64,000 nucleotides of DNA. Source: an uncultured Pseudomonadota bacterium. GTDB lineage: Bacteria; Oederibacteriota; Muellerivitia; Muellerivitales; Muellerivitaceae. The stretch covers positions 1,088,001 through 1,152,000 of the forward strand of contig CAWIIP010000002.1 of assembly GCA_963836235.1 (NCBI GenBank). Reading direction: 5' to 3'. How positions within the stretch are numbered: position 1 is the first letter of the stretch; each line of letters begins with the position of its first letter. The notes under the pieces were generated by a model that made no database searches, was not told the origin of the DNA, and worked only from the letters and a program-made list of their open reading frames with translations. The position numbers and the translations under genes were made by a program. Positions 26,765-37,671 of this stretch are shown here, piece by piece.

Positions 26765-28336
26765 ATGATCCGCAAATTGGTGTTTTTCTTGGTGTTGACT
26801 GGCACGGTTTCCGCCGCCGATATTAATTTTTTAGTGATGCCCGACGAGGTCGTTGGCCCCATCAGCCCCTATATTTACGGGGTGAATGATGTGGACCCGG
26901 GAGACGTCAATACCACCGTCCGCCGCCTGGGCGGCAATCGCATGACGGGTTATAACTGGACCAACAACGCCTCCAACGCGGGCAACGACTGGCACCACAT
27001 GAGTGACAACTGGCTTTGTGATAGTCATCAATACAAGGACTGCGACCAACCCGGAGCCTTCGCCAAACATTTTGTGGAAGCGAACCAGAAATACGGGGTC
27101 GACACTCTCATGACGGTTCCCTTGGCGGGCTTCGTGGCCGCCGATAAGAACGGTGAAGTTTCAGACAAGGAAGCTGCTCCCAACCGACGTTGGAAAAAAA
27201 TTGAGTTCCATAAGAAACGACCCTATACCCTGACCCCTGATCCCAATAACCCCATCGTCTATGAGGATGAGTTCATCAACTTCATGGTCTCCAACTTCAA
27301 GAAAGCGGACGAAGGGGGCGTAAAATTTTACGATTTGGATAATGAACCGGGAATATGGCCCTCCACCCATCCCCGCATTCACCCCGAAAAGACCAGCTAC
27401 TGGGAAATGTCCAACAAAACAGAAGCCGCCGCCGAGAATATTCTCAGGGTAGACCCGACCGCCATAATCTTTGGTGGCGTCTGTTATGGTTGGCAGGAAT
27501 TTATGACTCTCCAAAACGCGCCCGAAAGTAAGGACGCTTCCATCATCCAAAAATTTCCTACTTATCTGGACTTTTACCTGGATTTCATCCACCACTTGGA
27601 AATCACTTATCACCAACGGCTCGTCCGAGTGTTGGACCTGCATTGGTATCCCGAGGCCCAAGGCGGGGGGAAGCGCATCACCGAAAATGATATTTCTTCC
27701 GACTCCATTGAAGCTCGTTTACAAGCTCCCCGAAGCCTTTGGGACCCGGGTTACGTGGAGAAAAGCTGGATCACCCAATGGTCGACCAAAGGTCAACCGA
27801 TCCAATTGATTCCGTGGGTGCAGCAAAAAATCGACAAGTGGTGTCCGGGAACCAAGCTGGCCTTCAGTGAATATGACTATGGGGCGGGAAACCACATTTC
27901 CGGGGGAATCGCCCAGGCGGATGTCTTGGGAATATTTGGCAAATACGGCATTTTCATGTCCAACTATTGGGGGGATTTGAAACCGTACAACCGGGCCGCC
28001 TTCAAGCTCTACCGAAATTATGACGGTAAGAATAGCACCATCGGCGATACCTCGGTTTCAGCCGCCACGGAAGACGTCACCAAAACTTCCTGTTACGCCG
28101 CCACGGACAGCAAAACCCCCGGAGTTCTTTGGGTGGTTGTCTTGAACAAGAACCAAAAAGATTCCATCCACGGCAAATTCAAGTTTCAGGGCAAGGAAAT
28201 CTATGCTTCTTACGAAGCCTACTCCTTTAACGCGGAATCACCTGACATCAAATTGGTCAGAAAAGATAAGGTGGACAAAGACCATTTTGATTATTCCCTG
28301 CCGCCTCTCTCCGCCACTTTGTTTGTTTGCCGTTAA
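26765..28336 (+). CDS. GH44 endoglucanase/xyloglucanase with signal peptide and no sorting CTD
   Basis: PISPYIYGVN, RLGGNRMTGYNW, LDNEP, THPRIHP, LDLHWYPEA, FSEYDYG. Confidence 0.93.
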   Translation: MIRKLVFFLVLTGTVSAADINFLVMPDEVVGPISPYIYGVNDVDPGDVNTTVRRLGGNRMTGYNWTNNASNAGNDWHHMSDNWLCDSHQYKDCDQPGAFAKHFVEANQKYGVDTLMTVPLAGFVAADKNGEVSDKEAAPNRRWKKIEFHKKRPYTLTPDPNNPIVYEDEFINFMVSNFKKADEGGVKFYDLDNEPGIWPSTHPRIHPEKTSYWEMSNKTEAAAENILRVDPTAIIFGGVCYGWQEFMTLQNAPESKDASIIQKFPTYLDFYLDFIHHLEITYHQRLVRVLDLHWYPEAQGGGKRITENDISSDSIEARLQAPRSLWDPGYVEKSWITQWSTKGQPIQLIPWVQQKIDKWCPGTKLAFSEYDYGAGNHISGGIAQADVLGIFGKYGIFMSNYWGDLKPYNRAAFKLYRNYDGKNSTIGDTSVSAATEDVTKTSCYAATDSKTPGVLWVVVLNKNQKDSIHGKFKFQGKEIYASYEAYSFNAESPDIKLVRKDKVDKDHFDYSLPPLSATLFVCR

Positions 28337-28586
28337 ACCCCGTTATCGGGAAATCGTTTCGTTATCGAAGCGCTTTTCTCTTAAAGCTTGGAAAAAGATA
28401 TCAAACAAAAAGACATATTTTATTTCCTAAAATTGTTTATCCTTTCGGCTTTTTTCCTAGATCACAAATTAAGCTTTACCGGAATCAAATTGTCAGGTAG
28501 CGTATTCCGCTCACGGTGGGAAAATCGTTTATTCTTTTTACAACGCTTTAAAATTCTTGAACAAGAAAATGAATAAGGAGTTAATC

Positions 28587-30068
28587 ATGAAGAAGTTTAT
28601 GGCGCTGTTTATCTTATTAGGTTGTGTCATTTTGGGATCTTTGGGATGTCCTTCTAAAAACCCTGTAAGCCCCTTATCCGTGGCCAATTCCCCTACCCCA
28701 GTTAATACGGCCACCAATACTCCCACTCGAACGACATCGGGAACACCCACTAAAACTTCAACAACAACTCCGACGGCGACACCTTCCAATACCGCGACAA
28801 ATAGCCCTACTTCCACGGTTTCCAATACCGCCACCAATTCTGGTACGCCTACCGCATCCGGCACACCCACTAACACGGCTTCTAATACCGCAACGGCAAC
28901 TCCCTCAAGCACAGCGACTAACACGGCAACCAGCACAGCCTCCGCTACTCCTTGCCAGGCGGCTTCTTTCCAAGCAACCTATTCTTTCAACAATGGTATT
29001 CAATGTTGGGCACCGACTACCGGTTCAGCGTACGTTACGGATTGGACAATCTCGAGTACTCATACCGCCCCTTCCGGTAACGATTCTCTCGTCGCAACCA
29101 TCAACAATACTTCAGGATCAAATCAAAGCGTTCAGCTTCAACTCATTTTTTCAACCCCTCAGAACATGACCGGTTATGACATTGTTGCTTACGTTTATAT
29201 TGACCCAACCTTGGCGGCGCCTGCCTCTAGTTACACCACTGGGTTGCAAGGCCCCTTTGATGAAAGTACGGGTAGTAACATATTTGAATCGCCTTGGAAT
29301 AATGTCGGCTCTGGAACTGGTGCCACGAATGTAGGCGCTTGGTTCCCGGTTACCCTCGTCGTTGGGTCATCGGGTGGTACCGCATCCTCGGTTAATTCGA
29401 TTGGGATCCAATTAACCAACATGCCGGCGGGCGCAACCGGTAATTTATACCTTGCCGATGTTAGTATCTTTATTCCCGCGGGGCCAACCGCTACACCCAC
29501 GACCGTCCCCAATTATTCCTGGACCTTCGAGGACGGTTCGACGGATGGATTTTATGTTGACTACAATACAGGAGATACCATTACGCCTAACTCCTACGCC
29601 AATTTGGGGATCAGTAACGCTTCAGGTGGCGTGAGCGCCCTGGATATGACCATGATAAGCGGGGCTGGTGGCGGAAATGATATGCAAATAGAATCCAATT
29701 ACGTTTCTGTCAGCGGATCGAACGGTTTCCCTATTAACTTCAGTGCCATTGGTGCGGTGGGTGTCCGCATACAGGTTTACGTGATGCCCGATGCCGCGGG
29801 TTCTTCCGGCTTCGGAGCCGCCAATTATGTAAAAACCACTAGTGGGGATGTTTACGGTACGGGTGGTGTCGGTACCGAAATACCCGGGGGATACAGCTAT
29901 ACCAGCCTTACATCTGGCGCATGGACTCAGGTATCCCTTCAGCCATCCGGAACCAATTGGGCAACCGATGAAACAAGCGTAACAGGGATTGGCATCGAGC
30001 TTAATGTCTACGGCGGGACGCAGGCCACCGCTGGAGATTACATTATCGATAATATGCAACTTTATTAA
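28587..30068 (+). CDS. Lipoprotein with Thr-rich tether and two CBM-like jelly-roll domains
   Basis: Lipobox SLGC; YSFNNGIQCW / WTFEDGSTDGF starts; SIGIQL...LYLADV / GIGIEL...YIIDNM ends. Confidence 0.7.
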   Translation: MKKFMALFILLGCVILGSLGCPSKNPVSPLSVANSPTPVNTATNTPTRTTSGTPTKTSTTTPTATPSNTATNSPTSTVSNTATNSGTPTASGTPTNTASNTATATPSSTATNTATSTASATPCQAASFQATYSFNNGIQCWAPTTGSAYVTDWTISSTHTAPSGNDSLVATINNTSGSNQSVQLQLIFSTPQNMTGYDIVAYVYIDPTLAAPASSYTTGLQGPFDESTGSNIFESPWNNVGSGTGATNVGAWFPVTLVVGSSGGTASSVNSIGIQLTNMPAGATGNLYLADVSIFIPAGPTATPTTVPNYSWTFEDGSTDGFYVDYNTGDTITPNSYANLGISNASGGVSALDMTMISGAGGGNDMQIESNYVSVSGSNGFPINFSAIGAVGVRIQVYVMPDAAGSSGFGAANYVKTTSGDVYGTGGVGTEIPGGYSYTSLTSGAWTQVSLQPSGTNWATDETSVTGIGIELNVYGGTQATAGDYIIDNMQLY

Positions 30069-30088
30069 ATCTTAAATCCACTTGTTCT

Positions 30089-30123
30089 AAGGGCGTTTCG
30101 TGAAATGCGAAACGCCCTTTTTT
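30089..30123 (+). terminator. Intrinsic terminator
   Basis: AAGGGCGTTTCG...CGAAACGCCCTTTTTT. Confidence 0.85.
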
Positions 30124-30155
30124 ATTTAATCAATCGTTTAATGGCTTTCACAGTA

Positions 30156-31004
30156 TCAAACCTTTGGAAAACGGCTCCAGAGAAACATTCTTCCCATACC
30201 CCACTCCCAAAGCCAGTCGGGCAACAACCATCGTAGGTAATAGAGAACGCGGTCATCCCCTTTTACCAAGTAACGCCGTTTCATGGGCTTGTCCTCCAAC
30301 GCTTTAAAAACCGTTTGCACGAAAATTTCCACCGGCGCGGCCTTAGTAAAACGTCCCTTTTGCCAGTTCTCCATTTGAAAGGTAAAAGGGGTGTAAGGCG
30401 AGTGAGAAGATTTCACCTTTTGTCCCATCCGGGCATTTTGGACCACGTTGGTTTGCACTTCACCCGGATTGATCTCCGTGACATCGATGCCCCAAGGCCG
30501 GCCTTCCATCCGCAGGGCTTCGGTGATCGAGTTCACCGCAAACTTCGTGGCGGAATAGGCCCCTAGGAAAGGTGTCCCCATGAAGCCCGCGATGCTCCCG
30601 ACATTAATGATTTTTCCCGAACCTTGCTTTCGCATAGAGGGCAGGACCGCCCGCGTGACCCTCAAGAGCCCGAAAACATTGGTTTGGAATTGGGCCTCTA
30701 TGTCGGAATCGGACAAGTCTTCCCAGCATCCAGCCATTACGAACCCGGCGTTATTGAGAAGCGCGTCGATTCGGCCTTCGCGCTTGAGGATTTGCCGAAC
30801 CGCGCGATCCACGGAGGATTTCCGGTCCACATCCATTAACAAGGGGTAAAGAGTCAGGCTTTTGGATAACTGCCATAAATGGCCCGCCTTTCGGGGGTTG
30901 CGATAGGTGGCATAAACCCGATAGCCCTTTTCGGCCAGGGCCTGGGCCGTGGCCAAACCGAACCCTGAATTGGCTCCCGTTATGAGGACAACCAAGGGGG
31001 TCAT
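30156..31004 (-). CDS. SDR oxidoreductase
   Basis: ITGANSGFG, NNAG, YSATK; ATG overlaps the upstream SDR stop. Confidence 0.92.
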   Translation of the reverse strand: MTPLVVLITGANSGFGLATAQALAEKGYRVYATYRNPRKAGHLWQLSKSLTLYPLLMDVDRKSSVDRAVRQILKREGRIDALLNNAGFVMAGCWEDLSDSDIEAQFQTNVFGLLRVTRAVLPSMRKQGSGKIINVGSIAGFMGTPFLGAYSATKFAVNSITEALRMEGRPWGIDVTEINPGEVQTNVVQNARMGQKVKSSHSPYTPFTFQMENWQKGRFTKAAPVEIFVQTVFKALEDKPMKRRYLVKGDDRVLYYLRWLLPDWLWEWGMGRMFLWSRFPKV

Positions 31005-31855
31005 GGCCGAGCCTCTTTTTGGAACTGGGAATATCGGGTTTGCAAAACCCGGTCGTAAAGGAAATCCGGAAGGAACCAACGGATCAAAGGAAAAAAGACC
31101 GCGTCCCTCCCCACAGGATACCGCACAGCCATTCGGGACGACCGCAAAGCTTTTAGGATTGCTTTCGCCACCCTGTTCGGTCCTGGAGCTGACGAAGGGG
31201 GATGGTCTCCGAAATAAAGGACTCTTTCCAACACACTCTGGTATACGGACTTCTTTTCAAGAAAGATTTTGGCCTTGCGCCGGTTGACCTTAAAGGGAGT
31301 CTTGATGTTCCCGGGCTCCACCACCGCCACCTGAATATTGAAAGGACGGACTTCCAAGCGGAGGCTTTCTGTAATGGCTTCCACCGCGTATTTGCTGGAA
31401 CAATAAAGGCCGATCCCGGCGAATGTCATTTTACCGGCAAGGGACCCGATATGAAGAATACGGCCGGATTTTTGCGCCCGCATCACCGGTAACACAGCCC
31501 GCGTGACCCTCAAAAGGCCGAAGACATTGGTCTCGTACTGGGCCCGGATCTCCTCATCGGAAAACTCCTCTAAAGCGCCAAAGGCTCCCCACCCCGCGTT
31601 ATTGACGAGCACGTCGATTCGGCCCGCTTTTTTAACAATAGCGGCAATCGCCCTTTTTACGGACGGAAATTTGTCCACGTCCAATTGCAGAATTTCAACC
31701 GGCAAACCGGCTGAAGCTTCCTTCAAGGGACGCGTTTTTTTCAGGTCTCGCATCGTCGCGAAAACCCGATAACCATGGTGGGCTAAAAGAAGCGCGGTTT
31801 CAAAACCAATACCAGTGGAGCACCCCGAAATTAAAACAACTTTTTGGTCTTCCAC
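31001..31855 (-). CDS. SDR oxidoreductase (tandem paralogue)
   Basis: ISGCSTGIG, NNAG, YCSSK. Confidence 0.92.
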   Translation of the reverse strand: MEDQKVVLISGCSTGIGFETALLLAHHGYRVFATMRDLKKTRPLKEASAGLPVEILQLDVDKFPSVKRAIAAIVKKAGRIDVLVNNAGWGAFGALEEFSDEEIRAQYETNVFGLLRVTRAVLPVMRAQKSGRILHIGSLAGKMTFAGIGLYCSSKYAVEAITESLRLEVRPFNIQVAVVEPGNIKTPFKVNRRKAKIFLEKKSVYQSVLERVLYFGDHPPSSAPGPNRVAKAILKALRSSRMAVRYPVGRDAVFFPLIRWFLPDFLYDRVLQTRYSQFQKEARP

Positions 31856-32128
31856 GAAATTTCCTTCTGACTTTCAGAAATAAAGAAAAACAATATTGTT
31901 TCATACTATGAGGGGCGCTAATGTGGCCGGGGAAAAACTATGGCATAGGCCGGATCAAAAGGCAAATAGGCCAAGGATAAAATTTTCTTTTACGGTGATT
32001 GACTTGCCCGAATTCCATTGAAATTCGGGCGCTTCGAAACACCTTGAACGGCGAAAACAAGATGGAGTCTTTTTCTCCGCCCTGCTAGGATAAGTCCAGT
32101 TTTCCTCTGACTATCGCAAGGAGCCTTT

Positions 32129-32806
32129 ATGCGCCTTCAAACCTTTTTAGTCCTGGCCATCTCAACCCTCTTCCTGACGACAGGCCTATCCGCGACGACC
32201 TTTAACGAGCTGACCATTGATCTGATTGAAGGAACGGTCATGGTCCAGCCCGTGGACGGCTCCAAACCCTATGCCATTGAAACCGGAAGCACGTTGCAAA
32301 AAGGAGACACCATTTCCTGTTATGACAAAAGCTTGGTGATTTTAAAAACCCACCGGGGAGACCGAATCGGGCTGGACAGCAATACCAGCGTAAATATTGA
32401 CGAATACTATTTGGAAGGCCCGGACCGCCAGATCCGTTTAGTCCTGCAGAAGGGAAATTTGTTGTTAAGAACCAACGGTTGCGGTTCCCGCCAAAGTTTT
32501 TTTGAGATCAACTCGGGCTCGGTGGTGACCTCAATCGATGCGACCCACTCCATCCTCTCTTATGACCCTGCCAAGGAATCCCTCGTGGTGAAATACTTCA
32601 CCGGGAAACTGTCCGTCATCGACAAGGATAATGAGCAAAAATTCAAAGTAGAGCATTCCGAAAACTCCTGGCAGGCCGGAAAAATGGCCAAGGAAGAGCC
32701 GGATCCCGTGGATGAGGTGGATGTGGTCAATTTCAATAAATTCTTCAACGGTGAACCCCGCATTGCCCCGCCCAACAACGACTTTCTCCTCATGGGCAAC
32801 GACTAA
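32129..32806 (+). CDS. Secreted FecR-domain protein
   Basis: Signal peptide; GSTLQKGDTI, GDRIGLDSNTSVNI, LVLQKGNL. Confidence 0.7.
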   Translation: MRLQTFLVLAISTLFLTTGLSATTFNELTIDLIEGTVMVQPVDGSKPYAIETGSTLQKGDTISCYDKSLVILKTHRGDRIGLDSNTSVNIDEYYLEGPDRQIRLVLQKGNLLLRTNGCGSRQSFFEINSGSVVTSIDATHSILSYDPAKESLVVKYFTGKLSVIDKDNEQKFKVEHSENSWQAGKMAKEEPDPVDEVDVVNFNKFFNGEPRIAPPNNDFLLMGND

Positions 32807-32813
32807 GCGGCCC

Positions 32814-33002
32814 ATGAGCGGCCCCACGGTCGAGTTTGAATGCCCCTACTGCGGTTACCCCAATTTTTCCCCGCTTGATCCCATTTCCGGGCTTCAACAA
32901 TGGACCACCGACTGCGAAAATTGCTGCCGTCCAATCGCCCTCAGGGTGAGGGTCCAGGGCGGCGAGGTGGAGGAAATGGACGTGGAGAGGGAGCAGGACT
33001 AA
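32814..33002 (+). CDS. CPXCG-motif cysteine-rich protein
   Basis: MSGPTVEFECPYCG...DCENCCRPI. Confidence 0.85.
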   Translation: MSGPTVEFECPYCGYPNFSPLDPISGLQQWTTDCENCCRPIALRVRVQGGEVEEMDVEREQD

Positions 33003-33050
33003 CCGGGACTTTTGAATTTTAAGTTAGAACTCGCAATGAAATTCATCGCG

Positions 33051-33758
33051 TTAACGGGGTATGAACGGATCCCCGCCGGTATGGATGAGGTTCATAACCA
33101 CCTTCACCGCCATGAAGACGTAATAGAAGAGAAGCAAAAACCCGAAGAACCAGGTAATCCACTTTAAAGCCTTCCGGTTGAAAAGATTACGGCTGTAATG
33201 GACTCCCATCCCCAGGCAGGAAAACCAGATCAGTTCGCTCACCAGGATGGCCGAGAAAAAGGACGTGGCCGCCCCCCCGGCGATATCCAGGTTGGCGGGA
33301 ATCGGCATGGAGAGCTGGACCGTGCCCACCATCCCGATCCAATACATCAAGGTGAAGGGGTTGGTGGCCGCCAGCAGAAAACCCATGACAAAGGAATGGT
33401 CGATCCATTGGATCTGCCGGCGGACTTTGGGATGGACGATGGCATCCGGGTCATCCCGTATCTCCGTCAAGGTGGAATAGGCCAGGTAAAGCAGGAAGAT
33501 CGCGCAAAGTCCCCAGAGAATAATCTTCCAAACGCCGATAAACCCCACCTTCAACAAGCCCGCGTAAACCACCCAGGCGCAGAGCGCGTCCACCAGGGCC
33601 GCCCCCGCTCCAACCATGAAGGTTTGTTGGAACCCTCCCATGATGCCGCGGCGGATCGCTAGAAAATTGACGGGTCCAATAAGGGCCGCGGTGCAAAACC
33701 CGATGATGAGGCCCTGGGTAATGGCTTGGTAAATGAGCTTGAACATTTCAGGAGTCAT
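33051..33758 (-). CDS. LysE-family transporter
   Basis: IGPVNFLAIRRG, GFLLAATNPFTLMYW. Confidence 0.85.
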   Translation of the reverse strand: MTPEMFKLIYQAITQGLIIGFCTAALIGPVNFLAIRRGIMGGFQQTFMVGAGAALVDALCAWVVYAGLLKVGFIGVWKIILWGLCAIFLLYLAYSTLTEIRDDPDAIVHPKVRRQIQWIDHSFVMGFLLAATNPFTLMYWIGMVGTVQLSMPIPANLDIAGGAATSFFSAILVSELIWFSCLGMGVHYSRNLFNRKALKWITWFFGFLLLFYYVFMAVKVVMNLIHTGGDPFIPR

Positions 33759-33892
33759 GGAGCGTATTTTACAGGAACCGCCCGGCGAATGGAGGTAAAA
33801 CTTCCTCCGGTCCTTTTTTGACAAACCTTCTTCCTATTGGCTTCCCTCTTTTGGTATTCTTTCCCACACCAGTCCAACCAAAGGGGTGCGAC

Positions 33893-34378
33893 ATGCCTGA
33901 AAAATCTCTCGTCAACATTTTAATGGGCAGCAAATCCGACTGGGAAGTGATGAAAAACGCTTCCGACACCTTGAATCAATTCGGCGTGGCCCATGAATCC
34001 AGGGTTCTTTCGGCCCATCGGACCCCTAAAGAAACTTCCGAGTATGTTTCCGGAGCCGAGGCCCGTGGCGTGGAAGTCGTCATTGCCGCCGCCGGTGGTG
34101 CCGCCCACTTGGCTGGTGTCTGCGCCGCCCATACCCTTCTACCCGTTTTGGGAGTTCCCATGGAAAGCAAGTTGAATGGGTTGGATTCCCTGCTCTCGAC
34201 CGCCCAGATGCCCGGTGGCATTCCCGTGGGGACCCTGGCGATCGGCAAAGCGGGCGCGGTGAACGCGGCCCTATTGGCCATTGCCATCATCGCCAACAAG
34301 GACCCCGAACTTCGCAAAAAGCTAAAGCAATTCCGCGCCGACCAGGCGGAAAAAATTCTTAAAGAAAAACTTTCGTAA
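33893..34378 (+). CDS. purE: N5-CAIR mutase PurE
   Basis: ILMGSKSDW, VLSAHRTP, AGGAAHLAG, QMPGGIPVGT. Confidence 0.97.
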   Translation: MPEKSLVNILMGSKSDWEVMKNASDTLNQFGVAHESRVLSAHRTPKETSEYVSGAEARGVEVVIAAAGGAAHLAGVCAAHTLLPVLGVPMESKLNGLDSLLSTAQMPGGIPVGTLAIGKAGAVNAALLAIAIIANKDPELRKKLKQFRADQAEKILKEKLS

Positions 34379-34382
34379 ATTT

Positions 34383-34487
34383 TACCGCCAAGGCGCTAAG
34401 ACCGCCAAGAAAGGCTTAAAAGACTCAGGGTTTCAGCCATTGTCTAATGTTTGAGATGTTCTTGGCGTACTTGGCGTCTTGGCGGTT
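34383..34487 (+). repeat. Triple-unit inverted repeat (CGCCAAG x3 ... CTTGGCG x3), REP-like hairpin element
   Basis: ACCGCCAAG-GCGCTAAG-ACCGCCAAG-AA ... TT-CTTGGCGTA-CTTGGCGT-CTTGGCGGT. Confidence 0.8.
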
Positions 34488-34505
34488 AATGATTTAGGTA
34501 TTTCA

Positions 34506-37334
34506 ATGTTCAAGGAAGAAACTAAACCTACCGATTCCACTCCGGCCGACACCAAGGCCGATAGTTATTCCCTGCCCTCCCTGGTTAACACTCTGGCGAC
34601 TACCCTTGGCAGTGTCATTTCCTACCAGGAAGGCGGCCAGGCTCTCGTGCAGGTGGAAAGAATCCGACACCTGGCCAAAACCCTTCGGGCCACTTCCGAC
34701 CCCAAGGTGGGCGAGGAACTGGCCCAAACCGTCTCCAAAATGCCCCTCGAAAAATTAAATCTCCTCACCAAAGCTTTTACCCACTATTTCGGCCTGATTA
34801 ACCTGGCCGAAAAGGTGGACCTGGTGCGATCTCTGAAACAACCTTACGAGGAAGCCGGAATCCCCCTGCCCCGCCCCGGTTCCGTTTCCTCGGCGGTGGC
34901 CATCCTGGAGGAACAGGGGGTTCTTCCCAAACGGCTTCAGGCACTGTTTGACCAGGGTCAAATCCAGCTGGTATTTACGGCCCATCCCACCGAGTCCAAA
35001 CGGCGGACCACTCTCACCAAACTCCACCGCATCTCCAAGGCCGCCACCCGGATGGTGGTGGAGAACCTGTCCCCGGACGAGAAATACGACATCTTGAAGT
35101 TCATCCTGGAGGAAGTGGTCGCGGTCTGGCAATCGGACGAGGTTCGACAGGTGAAATTAACGGTCCCCGATGAAGTCAAGGGCAACCTCTATTACTTTGA
35201 GGACACCCTGTCTCTTGTCATTCCCCAGGTCTACCACGAACTGGAGCGTTCCCTCAAAAAGGCGTTTCCGAAAACCTCCTGGAACGTGCCCCCCTTTCTT
35301 CGGTTCGGTTCCTGGATCGGCGGGGACCGCGACGGCAATCCCTTCGTGACCCCCGAGATTACCGTGGAAACCGTGCGGTTGCTTCGCGCGGCAGCCTTGA
35401 AGATACACCTCACCGCCCTTGGTGAACTCCGGCGCCGATTGAGCTCTTCCGAGCGGCAAACCCCCATCAGCCCCGAACTGACCGCCTCCATCGTCCGGGA
35501 CGCCCTGCTCTTCCCCGAATTGGCGGAAGATCTCTCCCACCACATTCCTTTCGAGCGTTATCGGGAAAAGTGCAATTACATTTATGAAAAACTGTCCCGC
35601 ACCCTCGCCCATACCCAGGCCTTTCCCCCCGATTGGAAAACGCCACCTCCTCCCCCGGCGCCGGGAACCTGGTACCCTTCGGCGGTTGAATTGGAGGCTG
35701 ACTTGCGCTTGATCGACGCGAGCCTCAGAGCCAACAAGGGAACCATCCTGGCGGACGGTTACTTGAGCCAGGTCATCCGCAACGTCCAAGTCTTTGGTTT
35801 CCGCTTGGCGAGCTTGGAAATCCGCCAGCATTCGGGCCGCCACACCTCCGCCCTCGCGGAAATTCTTAAAAAAGCGGGGGTCTGTGAGGATTATGTCGCG
35901 TTAAATGAGAATGAACGAACCCAGGTTCTGGAGAAAGAACTGGCCGGAGAAAGGCCCCTGGTTCCCGCTTCCTACGATTACAGCCCGGAAACCGTGGAAG
36001 TCCTCAAAACCTTCCAAGCCACGGCGGCCATCCAGGACCACTTGAATCCCAACGCCATCGACACTTACATCATTTCCATGACCCATGGCGTGTCGGATGT
36101 CTTGGCGGTACTTCTCTTCTTGAGGGAGACAGGCTTATACCACAAAGGCCAGTACAGCCATTTGAATATCGTTCCCCTCTTTGAAACCCGTGACGACCTG
36201 AAACGTTCCAGCGGCATCCTGGAAAGACTCTTGAAGAATGAATCTTACCGCGCCCACCTGAAACTGCGGGGGGACGTTCAGGAAATCATGCTGGGTTATA
36301 GCGACTCCAACAAGGAAAGCGGGTACCTCTCGGCCAATTGGGCCCTTTACCGGGCCCAAGGGGACCTCAACCGCCTGGCCGATTCCCACCAAATCGCCTT
36401 GAGGCTTTTCCACGGGCGCGGGGGAAGCATCGGCCGCGGCGGCGGTCCCACCGGGCAGGCCATCCTGGCCCAGCCGCCCGGAACGTTGAAGGGAAGGATC
36501 AAGATCACGGAGCAGGGCGAGGTCATCAGCGACCACTATGCCGATCCCCCCACCGCCCGTTGGCATTTGGAGCAGATCGTCAACGCGGTACTGAGGGGCT
36601 CCTTCCCCTCCCGGGAAGTAATGCCCAAGGCCGAATGGCGGCAGATCATGGACCGGCTGGCCAAGCGTTCCTTGGAAATTTACCGATCCCTGGTCTACGG
36701 TCATCCCCGTTTCAAGGAGTATTTCTATTCGGCCACGCCTATTCGGGAGATCAGCAACCATAGCCTAGGCAGCCGCCCGGCCCGGCGTACCCAGGATGAT
36801 TCCATCGAGAGCCTTCGGGCCATCCCTTGGGTTTTCGCCTGGATGCAGAGTCGGCATACCCTTCCAGGATGGTACGGCCTGGGCGGGGCCGTGGAGGAAT
36901 ACCTGAAGACCGACCCGAAGATATTGGCGACCCTCCAGGAGATGTATAACCAATGGCCCTTCTTCAAGACCGTGCTGGATAACGCCCAGATGATCCTGGC
37001 CAAGGCCGATATGGACATCGCGCGCCGTTACGCCGGATTAGTGCCGGACAAGGCGCTCGGTAGGGAAATTTTTGACATCATTAAGTCCGAACACGACCGA
37101 ACGGTTTCCATCATCTGCCAGATTGTCCAAGTCAAGGAGCTCTTAGAGAAGGACCCCGAACTTTATGAGTCCATCAAGCGCCGTAATCCCTATATCGATC
37201 CCTTGAGCTTCGTCCAGGTCGAACTCCTCAAGCGCGCCCGAAATAATCTTAATCCCCCGGATCAACAAAGCCTGGAAGACGCCATCTTGATGACCATCAA
37301 CGGCATCGCCGCGGGGCTGAAAAACACCGGTTAA
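34506..37334 (+). CDS. ppc: Phosphoenolpyruvate carboxylase
   Basis: [54 protein letters not shown]-terminus. Confidence 0.98.
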   Translation: MFKEETKPTDSTPADTKADSYSLPSLVNTLATTLGSVISYQEGGQALVQVERIRHLAKTLRATSDPKVGEELAQTVSKMPLEKLNLLTKAFTHYFGLINLAEKVDLVRSLKQPYEEAGIPLPRPGSVSSAVAILEEQGVLPKRLQALFDQGQIQLVFTAHPTESKRRTTLTKLHRISKAATRMVVENLSPDEKYDILKFILEEVVAVWQSDEVRQVKLTVPDEVKGNLYYFEDTLSLVIPQVYHELERSLKKAFPKTSWNVPPFLRFGSWIGGDRDGNPFVTPEITVETVRLLRAAALKIHLTALGELRRRLSSSERQTPISPELTASIVRDALLFPELAEDLSHHIPFERYREKCNYIYEKLSRTLAHTQAFPPDWKTPPPPPAPGTWYPSAVELEADLRLIDASLRANKGTILADGYLSQVIRNVQVFGFRLASLEIRQHSGRHTSALAEILKKAGVCEDYVALNENERTQVLEKELAGERPLVPASYDYSPETVEVLKTFQATAAIQDHLNPNAIDTYIISMTHGVSDVLAVLLFLRETGLYHKGQYSHLNIVPLFETRDDLKRSSGILERLLKNESYRAHLKLRGDVQEIMLGYSDSNKESGYLSANWALYRAQGDLNRLADSHQIALRLFHGRGGSIGRGGGPTGQAILAQPPGTLKGRIKITEQGEVISDHYADPPTARWHLEQIVNAVLRGSFPSREVMPKAEWRQIMDRLAKRSLEIYRSLVYGHPRFKEYFYSATPIREISNHSLGSRPARRTQDDSIESLRAIPWVFAWMQSRHTLPGWYGLGGAVEEYLKTDPKILATLQEMYNQWPFFKTVLDNAQMILAKADMDIARRYAGLVPDKALGREIFDIIKSEHDRTVSIICQIVQVKELLEKDPELYESIKRRNPYIDPLSFVQVELLKRARNNLNPPDQQSLEDAILMTINGIAAGLKNTG

Positions 37335-37382
37335 TCCCGCCTTTCTTCCTTTCCAAAATCATCATCAATATTCATCTTTATT

Positions 37383-37406
37383 TGATGCTACCTCTCATCA
37401 TATAAT
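37383..37406 (+). promoter_or_regulatory. vapBC promoter/operator candidate
   Basis: TGATG-N8-CATCA inverted repeat abutting TATAAT. Confidence 0.5.
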
Positions 37407-37434
37407 TTAACCTAAATTGATGCTAGGAGCGCCT

Positions 37435-37671
37435 ATGCGGACGACCATCACGATCCAAGATGAAATTCTTCAAGAACTCATGAAACACACGAACGCCAAA
37501 ACCCGCACCGAGGCGGTCAACAAGTCGCTGGCAGATTGGGTAAAGCGTTTGAAAACCGAAAAGTTAAGGTCCCTGCGGGGTAAATTCCCTATCGAGGATA
37601 ACTGGGAAAAGCTCAGGGCTCTCGAAATCCAAGAAACCCGGAGCGCCTACCATGCCAAGCGTTCTCGTTGA
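37435..37671 (+). CDS. vapB: VapB-type antitoxin
   Basis: MRTTITIQDEILQELM...TRTEAVNKSL; overlaps the PIN gene. Confidence 0.88.
   Translation: MRTTITIQDEILQELMKHTNAKTRTEAVNKSLADWVKRLKTEKLRSLRGKFPIEDNWEKLRALEIQETRSAYHAKRSR

Noticed and set aside
30042-30053. ATTATCGATAAT palindrome resembling the candidate operator
   Set aside because: Inside the 3' end of a CDS (codons IIDN), not upstream of any gene start
33893-34378. purE without an adjacent purK
   Set aside because: Dispersed purine genes are common; this cannot be judged from one window
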